In this document: positions 24,466 through 37,481 of the stretch, one piece after another
Position numbering within the stretch: the stretch's first letter is position 1
Layout: every line of letters begins with the position of its first letter
Assembly (NCBI GenBank): GCA_907165135.1
Contig: OU015566.1
Location: 13,950,001-14,014,000 of the forward strand
Reading direction: 5' to 3'
DNA from: Oikopleura dioica
Lineage: Eukaryota; Animalia; Chordata
Length of the DNA stretch: 64,000 nucleotides
Notes under the pieces: generated by a model
Database searches by the model: none
Seen by the model: only the letters and a program-made list of their open reading frames with translations
What the model was told of the DNA's origin: nothing
Program-made: the position numbers and the translations under genes

Positions 24466-25146
24466 GAGTCACGCTAACTTGCCCAAGACGCTAACTTCCC
24501 CAGACGCTAACTTCCCCAAAACGCTAACTTCCCCAAGGTTGTGCAAGTTAGCGTCTGGGGAAGTTAGCGTCTTGGGGAAGTTAGCGTCAAAGCTTCCCGT
24601 TAGAGAAAATAATATTTTTTTCTTGAAATTTTTCGTAGCCTCAATTTTCGGAACACTGAATACAGTATTCAGAAAGTATTCGTAGGAGCGATTATTTCTA
24701 AGTCATTTAGACAGAGCTTTGAGAATTCAGGCATTTTTTGGGATTAATGTTCTAATAATAACGCTTCTAAATTATCAAAGATATCTTATTTTAAATATAA
24801 GAGCTCAGAAATTTTGACATTGACTGTCAAAATAAGTGTACTCCCGGAGTACAAAAATATTATTTCAAAACGTTAAATTAAATTTGCTCAAAAGAAATTG
24901 AAAATATGACCGCTATTCACGAGGAGAGGTCGAGGTTAGATTCTAAGAGACGACTGACTGTCTACCAGACTAAGACATGCTGAAAGAGCCATTCAACGCT
25001 CATCGGATCGCCCACGCATTTAAGACGCTAACTTGCCCAAGACGCTAACTTCCCCAAAACGCTAACTTCCCCAAGGTTGTGCAAGTTAGCGTCTGGGGAA
25101 GTCAGCGTCTGGGGAAGTTAGCGTCTTGGGGAAGTTAGCGTGACTC
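24466..25146. mobile_element. Foldback/MULE-like element copy 2, 681 bp
   Basis: TIR GAGTCACGCTAACTT; 9-bp TSD GAACGTGCA at 24457-24465 and 25147-25155; empty site at 38559-38567. Confidence 0.92.
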
Positions 25147-25319
25147 GAACGTGCATCATCAAATCATTTCCCCCCTTTGCGGGTTAATCCGGCTAAATGA
25201 ATTTATTTGACTTTTTTCGCCGCCCGTTGATGACCCGCCGACCACGTCCGTTTTTGCGCAGCTCAACCCAAAATATTCGAAAATTACACCTTCTTCCTCC
25301 TTCATTTACTATTTTTGCC

Positions 25320-25850
25320 GAAGCTCATGTTGCTAGATGTCTTGAAATGTCCTTAAACATCTCAAAATGTCCATTAAATATCCGTTTTTGTGATCCTCTG
25401 GGCCGTAATAAATGTCCCTAAATGTCATTCACATGGATAGATACAGAATTAACTCTCAAAGTCCATAAATAAGGACAAATGTCGCAAAATGTCCGCTAAT
25501 TTCTGGTAGATCTTCAAATGTGACAGTTGAAATGGCTTAAAATGTAGTTCGACTGATCAGAAAACATCAGTAATGCATTTGATTTTTCCCAAATGTCTCT
25601 GGATGTCAATTGATCTTTAGTAATGTCTCCAAACGTCAACTGATACTGTCAAAAGACTCCCTAGCTTCAGTCATTTCTTCAAATGTCCCTCGATGTCCCT
25701 GAATGTCTCTTAACTTAGAGAAACATTTCCAATGTCTAGGATTTATTTCTCAAGCCCTAAATATCCGTTGAGCCTCCGAAATGTCCTTGAATGTAATAAT
25801 CATTGGAAAATGTCCGTTAATGTCTGTTAAAAATCCTTCATTTTTATCTT
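25320..25850. repeat. Degenerate AATGTC-rich repeat tract in the array spacer
   Basis: Many (A)AATGTC motifs; homologous tracts at about 32110-32300 and 38740-39260. Confidence 0.7.
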
Positions 25851-26641
25851 GAATCATCAAAACTTTTGATTCAAAAGTCCAGAAATACCATCATAATTTT
25901 ATACATTCAAAAAGACTATCTTCTTGCCACAAATCTGCTTTTGCTTTGTCGACAGGTTAAATCTTGATGTCGCGACACGAGTTAGCTTCGAAATTGCGCA
26001 CTGTTGTAAGTTGGTTTAGCTTAGAGCGATTGTGACAGAAGCTCAGAAATTCCAGCGCTAAAATATTTACGGAAGAGAAATGCGAGTTACTGGATTTTTA
26101 GAAATCGCGGTCTCGAGAAAAAATAATGGAATAAAGTGGAGTCTACTCAAAACGAAAAGCCACAACGAAAATTATGATTATTAACCCTCGAAAGGAAAGG
26201 CTTATCACTTTTTAGACACGAGGGGGAATTTCTAGCCTCAGCGAGAGTACTTTTCGCTAAAAATAATTATGCAACGAATGTAATTTTGCGTCACGTGACC
26301 TTGAATTCGAAGAAGCGAATTCGAAAGTGAACTGAGCGGCGCATTTTGCGGAACGGGCTGGGCCGACTCAAGTGCTCTTTGATGAGTTTACCGCGGCTTG
26401 GAGAAATTAAAGCATTAGCGGGAAAAGCGATTTACGAAACGGGCGGGGTCACGAAATCGGAGTTCACGTGATTTTCAGAGAATATTTGGGCTAATTATGC
26501 CTAGGATGTTTCGTTACGGTGAGATTATTTTTAGGATTCTCTTCCTTGATTTCACTTTCAGAACAAAAAGTCAAGATTAGAAACTTCCGATAATCTCTTG
26601 AAATTTGTTCTTTACTTAATTTGATTTATTTCTGAAAAAAC

Positions 26642-29287
26642 TTATGTGCAGTAAAATTCATCGACGGGGAAAATTATCGGTCGAGGAAAATCACCAGAAT
26701 GGTTGTTGATGACTTTTGCCGAGGATATTTCTTCTCCATCCCATTCTAGTTTCTCCACGGCGAAACTTTGTTCAATATTTTTGATTGATTCTTTCAAATA
26801 ACTTACGGTTCCTTGCTGCCCCCAACAAGATAAATCGTATTTCCAATTCGCGTTGCAGAAGAGTACCAATGCTGAAATTAAAGCTAATTTCGCCTTGTTT
26901 AAGGACCCCCCCGTCAACAATTTTCGAAAAATCTATTTTCGGAATTTCAAAATTTTGACCCCGGAAATGGATTCTACGGGTCAAAAAACGATTTTGAGGC
27001 TTCATTTTTTAGGGGTCTATCTCAACTCTAACACCCTCAAAATCGCCTTTGAAAATTGGACTTTTTGACGAAAAACGACGAAAAAGTCCCAATTTTGCCT
27101 GTATTTTAGATTTTTATTGGTCCAGAAGAGCTCCTAGCAAGTTTTTATGATAAATTTAACTTCCAGGCACACTCAGAAGCCAAAATATGGCTGTTTTGAG
27201 ATTTTCGATTTTTTGAGGAAAATCGTTGACGGGGGGGTCCTTAATAAAGACCTTACTTTTTCATTAAGTTTGCCAACCACGGTCCATTTTGAGTCGCGAA
27301 GTAAATAAACATCTTTTGAACTGTAATATTCATTATTTTCTTGGTATGAACCTCCCAAGAGAAGATATCCGTCGAAGACTCCAATGCAGGAGTGAACCAA
27401 AATTGCCCTTCAAATCATCAAATAATAAATATTAAAATCAATTAACTTTGGAAAATCTTCCATTTCCGTCCAAGTAGCGCCGTCGAATTTCTCCACTTTC
27501 TTGTAGCCGTCAGAAAGATGAGAGCTGACTGCAACTGGTTGGTCGCTGTAGAGCGCCAAACAAGAATTTTTGTGCGAGTATTTGGTCGCCGGTTTTATTG
27601 ATACAGCACTTCCATCAAATTCGTCGCATTTTTTTCGTTCTTCATCTTCCGGAAAGCAAATCATCGCTAGAATAAATGAACAACTGCAGCCCTTTCAATT
27701 GTAAAAATTTCTTACCTGATTGTTGATCAGCCGCCGTAACTACAGAAGAGCCCCAGTAATATTGATTGTTGAGTTTGACATCTAACTCCTTGATTCCACA
27801 GCCACTTATCATTCTTATCTAAGTGAATAAGCTATGATTTAGTTTTTTTTTTTTGCTTTCTTACCCTAAGTCCAGAGTCGTTGATCCCTCCTGCACCAAA
27901 AATATAGATTTTTCCACGGATCAAAGCAGAAATTGCAGCGTAAAGGTAATGGAATTGTTTATTTGACGAAGGGATCTTGATTCTTCGATGACTCTCGCTT
28001 CCGTCAGGTTTGAGAACGTAGCTAAGAAACTTAGTTTTAGACCTATAGCCAGAAAGAACCATCAATGAATTCTTCTCGCGGCCAAAGCAGTTTTTATTTT
28101 CGAACTCGAGTTTCTCCAAATCTTTTTCATAATTTGACATTCGCGTCTCTATTGCTTCTTTTTCATCTTCAGTCCGCTCAAGATCAATTGTCAAAGCCTT
28201 GTAATTTTAATAAAAAATAAGCTTCAATTAAAAAACATCAAAATACCTGAGTAGTCTTTAAGCATTGCTCTTTTTCTTCCTGAATTTCATTTCTGCAATA
28301 TTCGATTTCGCTTTGAAGATCAGAATTTCTAAGTATCCCAGTGTATAAAAAAAGAAAACAAGGGTTCTTTGTTACCTGATTCTTTCAATGTCCAAATCTT
28401 CTTGAATCTCGCTTTTCTCCATTTTTGTTTCATCTAAATCTTCCTTGATTTCAGCCAAGGCAGTCTGCACTTCCTCTGTAGCTGTTTTCGATGTTCTTAG
28501 TTCTTCATTGGCAGCGATCAAATTTTCCTTCTCAGTTTGAAGCCTCTTTATTTCCGAATCTAGATTTTATGACACTCGATGAAAGATTTTCTCCAAAGTT
28601 ACCTTTTTCTCGAAGTTTTTTCCACAAATTGTAATTTCTTGTATTCAGTCTAAATCAAAAATACACCGCAGAAATTCGAATAAATTAAAGTACCGTTTTT
28701 CCTCGCTAGAAAGTCTTTCATTCTCAGTTTTGAGATTCTGGGACTTTTGATTGAGCATTTCAATTTCGTCTTTCAACTTCTGGTTTTCGCGTTCAAGGCC
28801 ATTCGCATGCTCCTGTAGATCGTCGACCATGATACTTTTTTTAAGTTAAGAAAACCAATATTTAGCCATAAGTTATAACAAAACCATTTATTCTGAACCT
28901 TTCCGATATTGCTCGAGATCAAGGACCGTTCTCTCCGTACAGCGATTTCGAGACTCGTCGTTTTGCCAGCAGGGACATGTTTCCAGTTCACGCCGAAATT
29001 GATTCTGGCATTCATCGACGCAATCAACGAAGATGCATTCTTCTAGGCAGCGCTTGAATTCTTCCTCGGCCGCTTTTTTGCATTTCGCCGCCCTGTTTCT
29101 GGCAACTTTTGCTGGGCCTTTGCTGCTTTTGCAAAAAGCTGGGCACGAAAATTCGAGGCTGCATATCTTTTTTTCAGGGTTAACGAATAAAAATGAGCGA
29201 CCTAATTTTGAAAAAAAGAAAGAAAAAAAAAACCCGCGCATTTGCAGCTGAAATCAGCTTCATAACGAGTAAAAGAAAATAGATCAT
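26642..29287 (-). CDS. Family K copy 1: secreted Cys-rich + coiled-coil + kelch-like propeller protein
   Basis: Signal peptide MIYFLLLVMKLISAANAR; Cys exon (CLEECIFVDCVDEC..CPC); heptad exons; kelch-like GKIYIFGAGG, YLLLGG, FDGATW, IYLVGG; ends PIIFPVDEFYCT*. Confidence 0.85.
26903..27240. mobile_element. TTAA-specific MITE (Kolobok-like RR..YY termini), 338 bp, intronic in K1
   Basis: 22-bp TIR GGACCCCCCCGTCAAC(A/G)ATTTT; TTAA at 26899-26902 and 27241-27244; empty site at 43609-43612 in K4. Confidence 0.88.
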
Positions 29288-29550
29288 TTCTCTTTAAAAC
29301 TTGTAAATACTCTGGCTCTCGCTGCTGACTCTATAAAAACAGTGAGTCACCTTCTGAGTAAATTTAATTGGAGTCAAAACGACCACGTAAATTTAATGGA
29401 TTATCTAGACGGATTAAATCGGAATTTATCGGATATTTCAGAACGTTCAGATTGTTTAGAAAAATGTCTTCCTTGATTTCAAAAAGATAGATTAGAAATT
29501 CTCGGTAATTTCTTGGGAGCTTTACAGATTGGATTTATTTTCGAAAAAAC

Positions 29551-31427
29551 TTATGTACAGTAAAACTCATCGACAGGGAAAATTATCGGCCGAGGAAAAA
29601 TTCCTGAGTGGTTGTTGCCCGGACAATTATTCGCAATAAAATCTTCTTTATGCAATTTGGGCACGTGGTTTAGAATGCGGGCTAGAATTGCGCCGCGTGT
29701 TTTCTTTAGAAGCGTCGAAAATGAAACTCGCCGAGAAAGCACAAACAAGCAGCCTGGCGGATGATTACACGAGGACTCGAGCGGGATCCGGCTTAGATTC
29801 AGGACTGATAAACCCAATCTCGTAAGTACCAACAACTCGAGCTGTGAGAGAGCGCACTGCCGATACTCCTCGATGCCCGCTTGCTTTGCCGCTTTAAAAT
29901 GGCTTCTAAAAGAACTCTTTCGTGGAAATTTGCTGCTGTTTCTCATGAAGACTTATTTTTTTCTGTGGCGTGTCAAGTTCGGACTCCGAACTGTAAAGTT
30001 TATTTACAGTAATTCAACATTGACTTTGAGCGATCCAAAGGGCGCCGTTTGGATCTTCACCGAGTGCGAGTTTCCCCCCTTCTTGCTGATGAAAGAGTCG
30101 CTATCAGTCACCGCCTTGAACGGAATTCCTTCGCCTAGGAAAGTATTTATTATTTGAAAGTGAAATTTTTACTTTTACCTTTCTTGGAGAGCCCAATGGA
30201 GAGCCAAAAGGCCTCATTTGAGAACGGAAGCGAGTAAACCTGGGAAACTCGGACATTATTCGGCAAAACAATCGGCGGCAGAAGACCAGCCAGTGAGAAG
30301 CGAATCGTCCAATCACCCTCGGTGATCTCGCAGTTTTCGCCATCGTCGAGAGCGTTCAGCCGAAACTTCATCAAGTTTTTATCAAATTATCTCTTTTTTT
30401 TTGTTTGAAAATAAAAAAACTCGCCCTTTCCTCGAGATCGAAGTCGCGCTTGCCAAGCGCGAGCTGCTTGAGCACATCGGCGAAGTTCTGGTGGCGAGCG
30501 GCTCCATTTCCAATCATCTTCTTGGCCAAAGGATCATCGGCTTTACCAATCTTGCCCACCGATTTGAACTCCTTTCTCATTTTTTCCACCTCAGAGGGTT
30601 CGAGAAGGGTGATGTTGTATCTGGAGAAGGCGCCAAAAGGTCCATCTTCGTGAACGACGAGCTGGCCCTTTCCAGAGTTAGACATTGATGATTTAGCTCA
30701 AATTCATCTCAAGAAAACGAAGTATAACTCTGGCCCTTTTGATCTTTTTCGCTGACGAGTTCGTGTCGATGGTGCACTTTTCCGAAATTGCAGTCGAGTT
30801 GCTCCACCACGGCCTTGAAGGGAACTCCTCCATCTGCAAATTAATTTGTCACTCTGAAAATCCAGCGCTTAATACCTTTATTTGAGAGCCAAAAGTAATA
30901 GTGCGCACCAGCTCCTTTTAGCAAATCAGTTAACTTCAAATCTCTTAAAAACTGAAGCCTCCAGCCGGCATCAGAGACGTCGAAGTTCTGAGAGCACGAG
31001 AACTTTGCGGAGTTTTATTAAATAAATTGAAAGATTATCTTTTTTCGCTTATTAATGCAAAAGTTTTGCTGCAAAACTCCCGTTCCTTGAGATTGATTTT
31101 TCGCTCGCCGAAGGAAAGGAGCTTCAGAACCTTGCGGACTTTCGACTCGTTCATCTCATCTCTTACTCCACCTTTACAGATCTCCCGGTCGTCTTCAAAG
31201 AAGTGTCCAGCGCCTCCGATAGCGCCCAACTCCTTCCTCATCTTTTCCAACCTTTTATTCGGGTCGGCATTCTCGGGAGCAGATTCGGTCGCTTCCTTCT
31301 CGGTCTCTTCACCCTCAGGATTCTTTGGGCCATAGAGGTTGAGATTCGCCAATTCCTTCAAATCGACTTCCTTTGGCTCTTCATTGGAATCCATGTAATA
31401 GATGCCGCGAGAAACAAAATTTGCCAT
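29551..31427 (-). CDS. Family P copy 2 (most diverged), with a K-derived C-terminus
   Basis: Same exon series as P1; the last 20 codons are NHSGIFPRPIIFPVDEFYCT*, matching the K C-terminus. Confidence 0.75.
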
Positions 31428-33081
31428 CGTCTTAAATTTTTAAATTTGATCACCAGACAATTTATTCTCAGCCAAAATTAAGTCACAATGTTGAACGCAG
31501 GTCCTCATAAATTTATCTCTACCGAAGTTATCAACGAAGAAAAAAGAAGAAATGAGAGTCAACCTGCAAAATCGAATCTTTAGCGCTCAGTTTTCCCTTT
31601 TCTGAGTCATTCCCGTATCTCGAAACGCGACTTCAAAGCCAAACCTTCCAGCCAAATCTTGAAACTTTCGAGTCGAAAGACAGATTATTGAGAACCTCCG
31701 CTAATTTGATTCGAACTTACTAACTCTGAAGTTTTCCAATGTCTTCAAAACTTGTCATCACCATCGCCGAGGTTTCTTCTTTTCCCCTGCTTGTTGTCAA
31801 AAGCTCGATGTGGTGATTGAACATCAGATAAACCAAAGACCTCCAAAGACTATTCTAAAGCGAGCGCGAACGGGTTCAAGGATGGAGCAAGAAAAACTCA
31901 AGAAAAGTAGCGGCTTTCTAAATCGCGGATCGAAAGAGCTTAGCCGCGTCATAATAATCTATCCAGCTAGTGTTGAACTGATTTTCATAAACAAAACTTT
32001 TTCTTAGTAACTTCTTTGCCGATTTCGACCAATTTTTTAGTAAAAGAGCATTTCGCCGTCGAATATCTTGATAATCACTGATTATTAATCAGTTAGACCA
32101 CAAAATCAGTGATTCTGTCAAAAGACTCCCTAGCTTCAGTCATTTCTTCAAATGTCCCTCGATGTCCCTGAATGTCTCTAAACTTGAGAAACATCTCCAA
32201 CGTCAAGGATTAATTTCTTAGTGCCTGAATGTCTGTTGAGCCTCTGAAATGTCAGAATTAGCGGAAAATGTCCGTCTATGTCTGTTAAACATCCTTCATC
32301 TTCATTTCGACTCATCAAAAGTACAGAAGTACCATCATTACTTTATACATTCAAAAAAGACTATCTTCAAGCCACAAATCTGCTTTTGCTTTGTCGACAG
32401 GTTAAATCTTGATGTCGCGACACGAAATTGCGCACTGTTGTAAGTTGGTTTAGCTTAGAGCGATTGTGACAGAAGCTCAGAAATTCCAGCGCTAAAATAT
32501 TTACGGAAGAGAAATGCGAGTTACGGGATTTTTAGAAATCGCCGTCTCGACTCGAGAAAAAAATGGAATAAAGTGGAATCTACTCAATACGAAAAGCCAC
32601 ACCGAAAATGATTATGGCTTAATTAACCCTCGACTGGCAAGGCTTATCAATTTTTAGACGCGCGGGGGAATTCTAGCCTCAGCGAGAGTACTTTTCGTTA
32701 AAAAATAATTATGCAACGAATGTCATTTTACGTCACGTGACCTTGAATTCGAAGAAATGAATTCGAAAGTGATCTGAGCGGCGCATTTTGCAGAACGGGG
32801 AGGGCCGACTCAAGTGCTCTTTGATGAGTTTACCGCGGCTTGGAGAAATTAAAGCATTAGCGGAAAAAGCGATTTACGAAACGGGCGGGGTCACGAAATC
32901 GGAGTTCACGTGATTTTCAGAGAATATTTGGGCTAATTAAACCTAAGATCTTTCGATACGGTGAGATTATTTTGAGGATTATCTTCCTTGATTTCATTTT
33001 CAGAACAAAAAGACCAGATTTGTAAACTTCTGATAATTTCTTGCGATTTTAGCTTGACTAACTTTGATATTTCTCTATAAC

Positions 33082-35402
33082 TTATGTACAGTAAAATTCA
33101 TCGACAGGGAAAAGTATCGGCCTCCAAAATGGATTTGAGTGATTGTTGATGACTTTTGCCGAGGAAATTTTTTCTCCATCCCATTCTAGTTTCTCCACGG
33201 CGAAACTAAGTTCAGTAATTTTGATTGATTCTTTCAAATAACTTACGGTTCTTTTTTGCCCCCAACAAGATAAATCGTATTTCCAATTCGCGTTGCAGAA
33301 GAGTAAAAATGCTAAAATTCAAGCTTATTACGCCTTGTTTAATAATGACCTTACAATTTCATTGAGCTGGCCAACGACTGTCCATTTTGAGTCGCGAAGT
33401 AAATAGACATCTTTTGAATTGTAAAAATTATCATTTTCTTCGTATTGACCTCCCAGGAGAAGATATCCGTCGAAAACTCCAATGCAGGAGTGAGCGTAAA
33501 TCGCCCTTCAAATCAACAAATAAATTATTTATATTATTTATTATTATTTATTATATATATTATATAAATTAAAATCGATTTACTTTCGAAAATCTTCCAT
33601 TTCCGTCCAAGAAGCGCCATCGAATTTTTCAACTTTTTTGTAGCCGTCAGAAAGCCAGGAGCTGACTGCAACTGGTTGGTCGCTGTAGAGCGCCAAACAA
33701 GAATTTTTGTGCGAGTATTTGGTCGCCGGTTTTATTGATACAGCACTTCCATCAAATTCGTCGCATTTTTTTCGTTCTTCATCTTCCGGAAAGCAAATCA
33801 TCGCTAGAATAAATGAACAACTGCAGCCCTTTCAATTGTAACAATTTCTTACCTGATTGTTGATCAGCCGCCGTAACTACAGAAGAGCCCCAGTAATATT
33901 GATTGTTGAGTTTGACATCTAACTCCTTGATTTCACAGCCACGTATCATTTTAATCTAAGTGAATAAGCAATGATTTAGTTTTTTTTTTTGCATTCTTAC
34001 CCTGAGTTCATAGCCGTAGCCTTCACCAAAAATATAGATTTTTCCACGAATCATAGCAGAAATTGAAGCGAGAAGGTAATGATATTCATTTTTTGACGAA
34101 GGGATCTTAATTGTGCGAGGACTCTCGCTTCCATCAGGTTTGAGCACGTAGCTTAGAAACTCTGTTTGAGACGTATAGCCAGAAAGAACCATCAATGAAT
34201 TCTTCTGGCGTCCAAAGCAGCTTTCGTTTTCGAACTTGAATTTTTCCAAATCTCTTTCAAAAATTGACATTCGGGTCTCGATTGCTTCTTTTTCATCTTC
34301 AGTCCGCTCAAGATCAATTGTCAAACCCTTAAAATTTTCCCAAAAATAAGCTTCAATTAAAAAACCATCAAAATACCTGAGTAGTCTTTAAGCATTGCGC
34401 CTTTTCTTCCTGAATTTCATTTCTGCAATATTCGATTTCGCTTTGAAGATCAGAATTTCTAAGAATCCCAGTTTATTAAAAAATGCAAACAAAGGTTTTT
34501 CGTTACCTGATTCTTTCAATGTCTAAATCTTCTTGAATCTCGCTTTTTTCCATTTTTGTTTCATCCAAATCTTCCTTGATTTCAGCCAAGGCAGTCTGCA
34601 AATCCTCTGTAGCTGTTTTCGATGTTCTTAGTTCTTCATTAGCAGCGATCAAATTTGCATTGTCAGTTTGAAGCCTCCTTATTTCCCCATCTAGATTTAT
34701 GACACTCGATGACAGATTCTGTCGAAAATAACCTTTTTCTCGAAGTTTTTTCCACAAATTGTAATTTCGCGTATTCAGTCTAAATCAGAAATATACCGCA
34801 GAAATTCGAATAAATTAACGAACCGTTTTTCCTCGCTAGAAAGTCTTTCATTCTCAGTTTTGAGATTCTGGGACTTTTGATTGAGCATTTCATTTTCGTC
34901 TTTCAACTTCTGGTTTTCGCGTTCAAGGCCGTTCGCATGCTCCTGTAGTTCGTCGACCATGATACTTTTTTCAAGTTAAGAAACCAATATTAAGCTAGAA
35001 CAAAACCACTTTTCTGAACTTTTCCGATATTGCTCGAGATCCAGGACCGTTTTCTCTGTGCAGCGACTTCGGGATTCGTCGTCTTGCCAGCAGGGACATG
35101 TTTCCAGTTCACGCTGAAATTGATTTTGGCATTCATCGACGCAATCAACGAAGATGCATTCTTCTAGGCAGCGCTTCAATTCTTCCTCGGCCGCTTTTTT
35201 GCATTTCGCGGCCCTGTTTCTGGCAACTTTTGCCGGGCCTTTGCTGCTTTTGCAAAAAGCTGGGCATGAAAATTCGAGGCTGCATATCTTTTTTGGGGTT
35301 TTACGAATAAAAATGAGCGACCTTATTTAAAAAAAAGAAAGAAGAAACCCGTGCATTTGCAGCTGAAATCAGCTTCATAAAGAGTAAAAGAAAATAGATC
35401 AT
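33082..35402 (-). CDS. Family K copy 2
   Basis: Collinear exons with K1 (ORF pieces 33580-33801, 33956-34324, 34503-34757, 34775-34960, 34976-35179). Confidence 0.85.
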
Positions 35403-35670
35403 TTCTCTTTAAAACTTGTAAAAACTCTGGCTCTCGCTGCTGACTCTATAAAAACAGTGAGTCACCTTCTGAGTAAATTTAATTGGAGTCAAAACGACCA
35501 CGTAAATTTTATGGATTATCTAGACGGATTAAATCGGAATTTATCGGATATTTCCGAACGTTCAGATTGTTTAGAAAAATGTCTTCCTTGATTTCAAAAA
35601 GATAGATTAGAAATTCTCGGTAATTTCGTGGGATAAGAGCTTTACAGATTGGATTTATTTTCGAAAAAAC

Positions 35671-37481
35671 TTACGTACAGTAAAACTCATCGACAGGGAA
35701 AATAATCGGCCAAGGAAAAATTCCTGAGTGGTAGTTGCCCGGACAATTATTCGCAATAAAATCTTCTTTATGCAATTTGGGCACGTGGTTTAGAATGCGG
35801 TCTAGAATTGCGCCGCGTGTTTTCTTTAGAAGCGTCGAAAATGAAACTCGCCGAGAAAGCACAAACAAGCAGCCTGGCGGATGATTACACGAGGACTCGA
35901 GCGAGATCCGGCTTAGATTCAGGACTGATAAACCCAATCTCGTAAGAACCAACAACTCAAGCTGTGAGAGAGCGCACTGCCGATACTCCTCGATGCCCAG
36001 TTGCTCTGGCGCTTTTAAAAGGCTTCTAAAAGAACTCTTTCGTGGAAATTTTTGCTTTTCTGGACAAATTTTTTTTGCGAGTCAAGTTCGGAACTCGAAG
36101 TTCGAACTGTAAAGTTTATTTACCGTAATTCAACAATGACTCGGAGCGATCCAAAGGGCACCGTTCGGATCTTCACGCAATGCGAGTTTCCCTCCTTCTT
36201 GCTGAAGAAAAAGACGCCATCAGCCAGCGCTTTGAACGGAACTCCTTCGCCTAGATAATATTTTTGAATTTGAAATTGAAAATATTCGTTTTACCTCTCT
36301 TAGAGAGCCCAAAAGAGAGCCAGAAGGTCTGCTCGTGGGAGATTCGGACATTGTGCGCCCTCACAATCGGCGGCAAAAGTCCACCAAGCGAGAAGCGAAG
36401 CTTCCAATCGCCCTCGGTGATCTCGCAGTTTTCTCCATCGTCGAGAACGCCCACCCGGAACTTTATTTCAATTTAATTTCCGGAAATATTCAACGTCTTA
36501 CCTCGAGATCGAAGTTGCGCTTTCCAAGGCCGAGCTGCTTGAGCACATTGGTGAAGTTCTGGTGGCGGGCGGCTTCGTATCCAACCAAGTTCTTTCGCAG
36601 CTGCTCCCCGGCTTCTCCAATCGTGCCCACCGATTTGAACTCCTTTCTCATTTCTTCGAGCTCGGAGGGCTCGAGAAGAGTGATGTTGTATCGGATGAAG
36701 GCGCCCGAGGGTCCATCTTCGTGCTTGACGAGCTGGCCCTTTACAGAGTTAAAAATATATTTTTCAGCTAAATTGAGCTCGTCAAAAATGTTTAACTTTG
36801 GTCCTTTTCATCCTTTTCGCTGACGAGTTCGTGTCGATGGTGCACTTTTCCGAAGTTGCTGTTGAGCTGCTCCACCACGGCCTTGAAGGGAACGCCTCCG
36901 TCTAAAGTAAAATTAGTCAAACTGAAATAAATAAATTTTGATTTTACCTTTGTTGGAAAGCCAAAGATAATAGTTCCCATCGCCTCCTTCCTGTGGAATA
37001 GCATTTTTGAACTGAAGCTTCCATCCGGCATGATCAACTTCGAAGTCAACATTGCACTTGAACTGTCGGAGTTTTTACTGATTTCAATATCAAAAATACT
37101 GTGCCTAAACTCCCATTCCTTGAGGTTGACCTTTCGTTCGCCAAGCGAAAACAGCTTCAGCACCTTGCGGATTTTCATCGCGTTCACCCCATCTCTTACT
37201 CCACCTTTCCAGACCTCCCGATCGTCCTCAAAGAAGTGTCCAGCGCCTCCGATAGCGCCCAACTCCTTCCTCATCTTCTCCAACTTAGGATGGGCATTCT
37301 TGGGAGCAGATTCGGTCTCCTTCTTTTCGATCTCTTCAGCCTCAGAAGCCTCAGAGTCTGAGTCAGAAATGTTGAGGGCTCCGAAATTCGAAGAGAGTCC
37401 GAATTGAGCAGCGCGTCCAGGATCAAGTCTGGTAGACGCGGAAGCCAGGTACTCGCTGCATCCTTGGAAAAAGTGTTCCAT
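35671..37481 (-). CDS. Family P copy 3, with a K-derived C-terminus
   Basis: Collinear with P1; ends CPGNYHSGIFPWPIIFPVDEFYCT*. Confidence 0.75.

Noticed and set aside
22850-25146. Short regularly spaced GACGCTAACTTCCCCA repeats resembling a CRISPR array
   Set aside because: The units are contiguous without unique spacers, are inverted at both ends, and are bounded by TIRs and TSDs; they are transposon subterminal repeats in a eukaryotic context.
36792-37481. 229-aa ORF read straight through as in the ORF track
   Set aside because: The segment RHSIFDIEISK..FGFPTKVKSK is partly intron and partly the wrong frame; that frame has stops in P2 and the wrong phase for the next exon.
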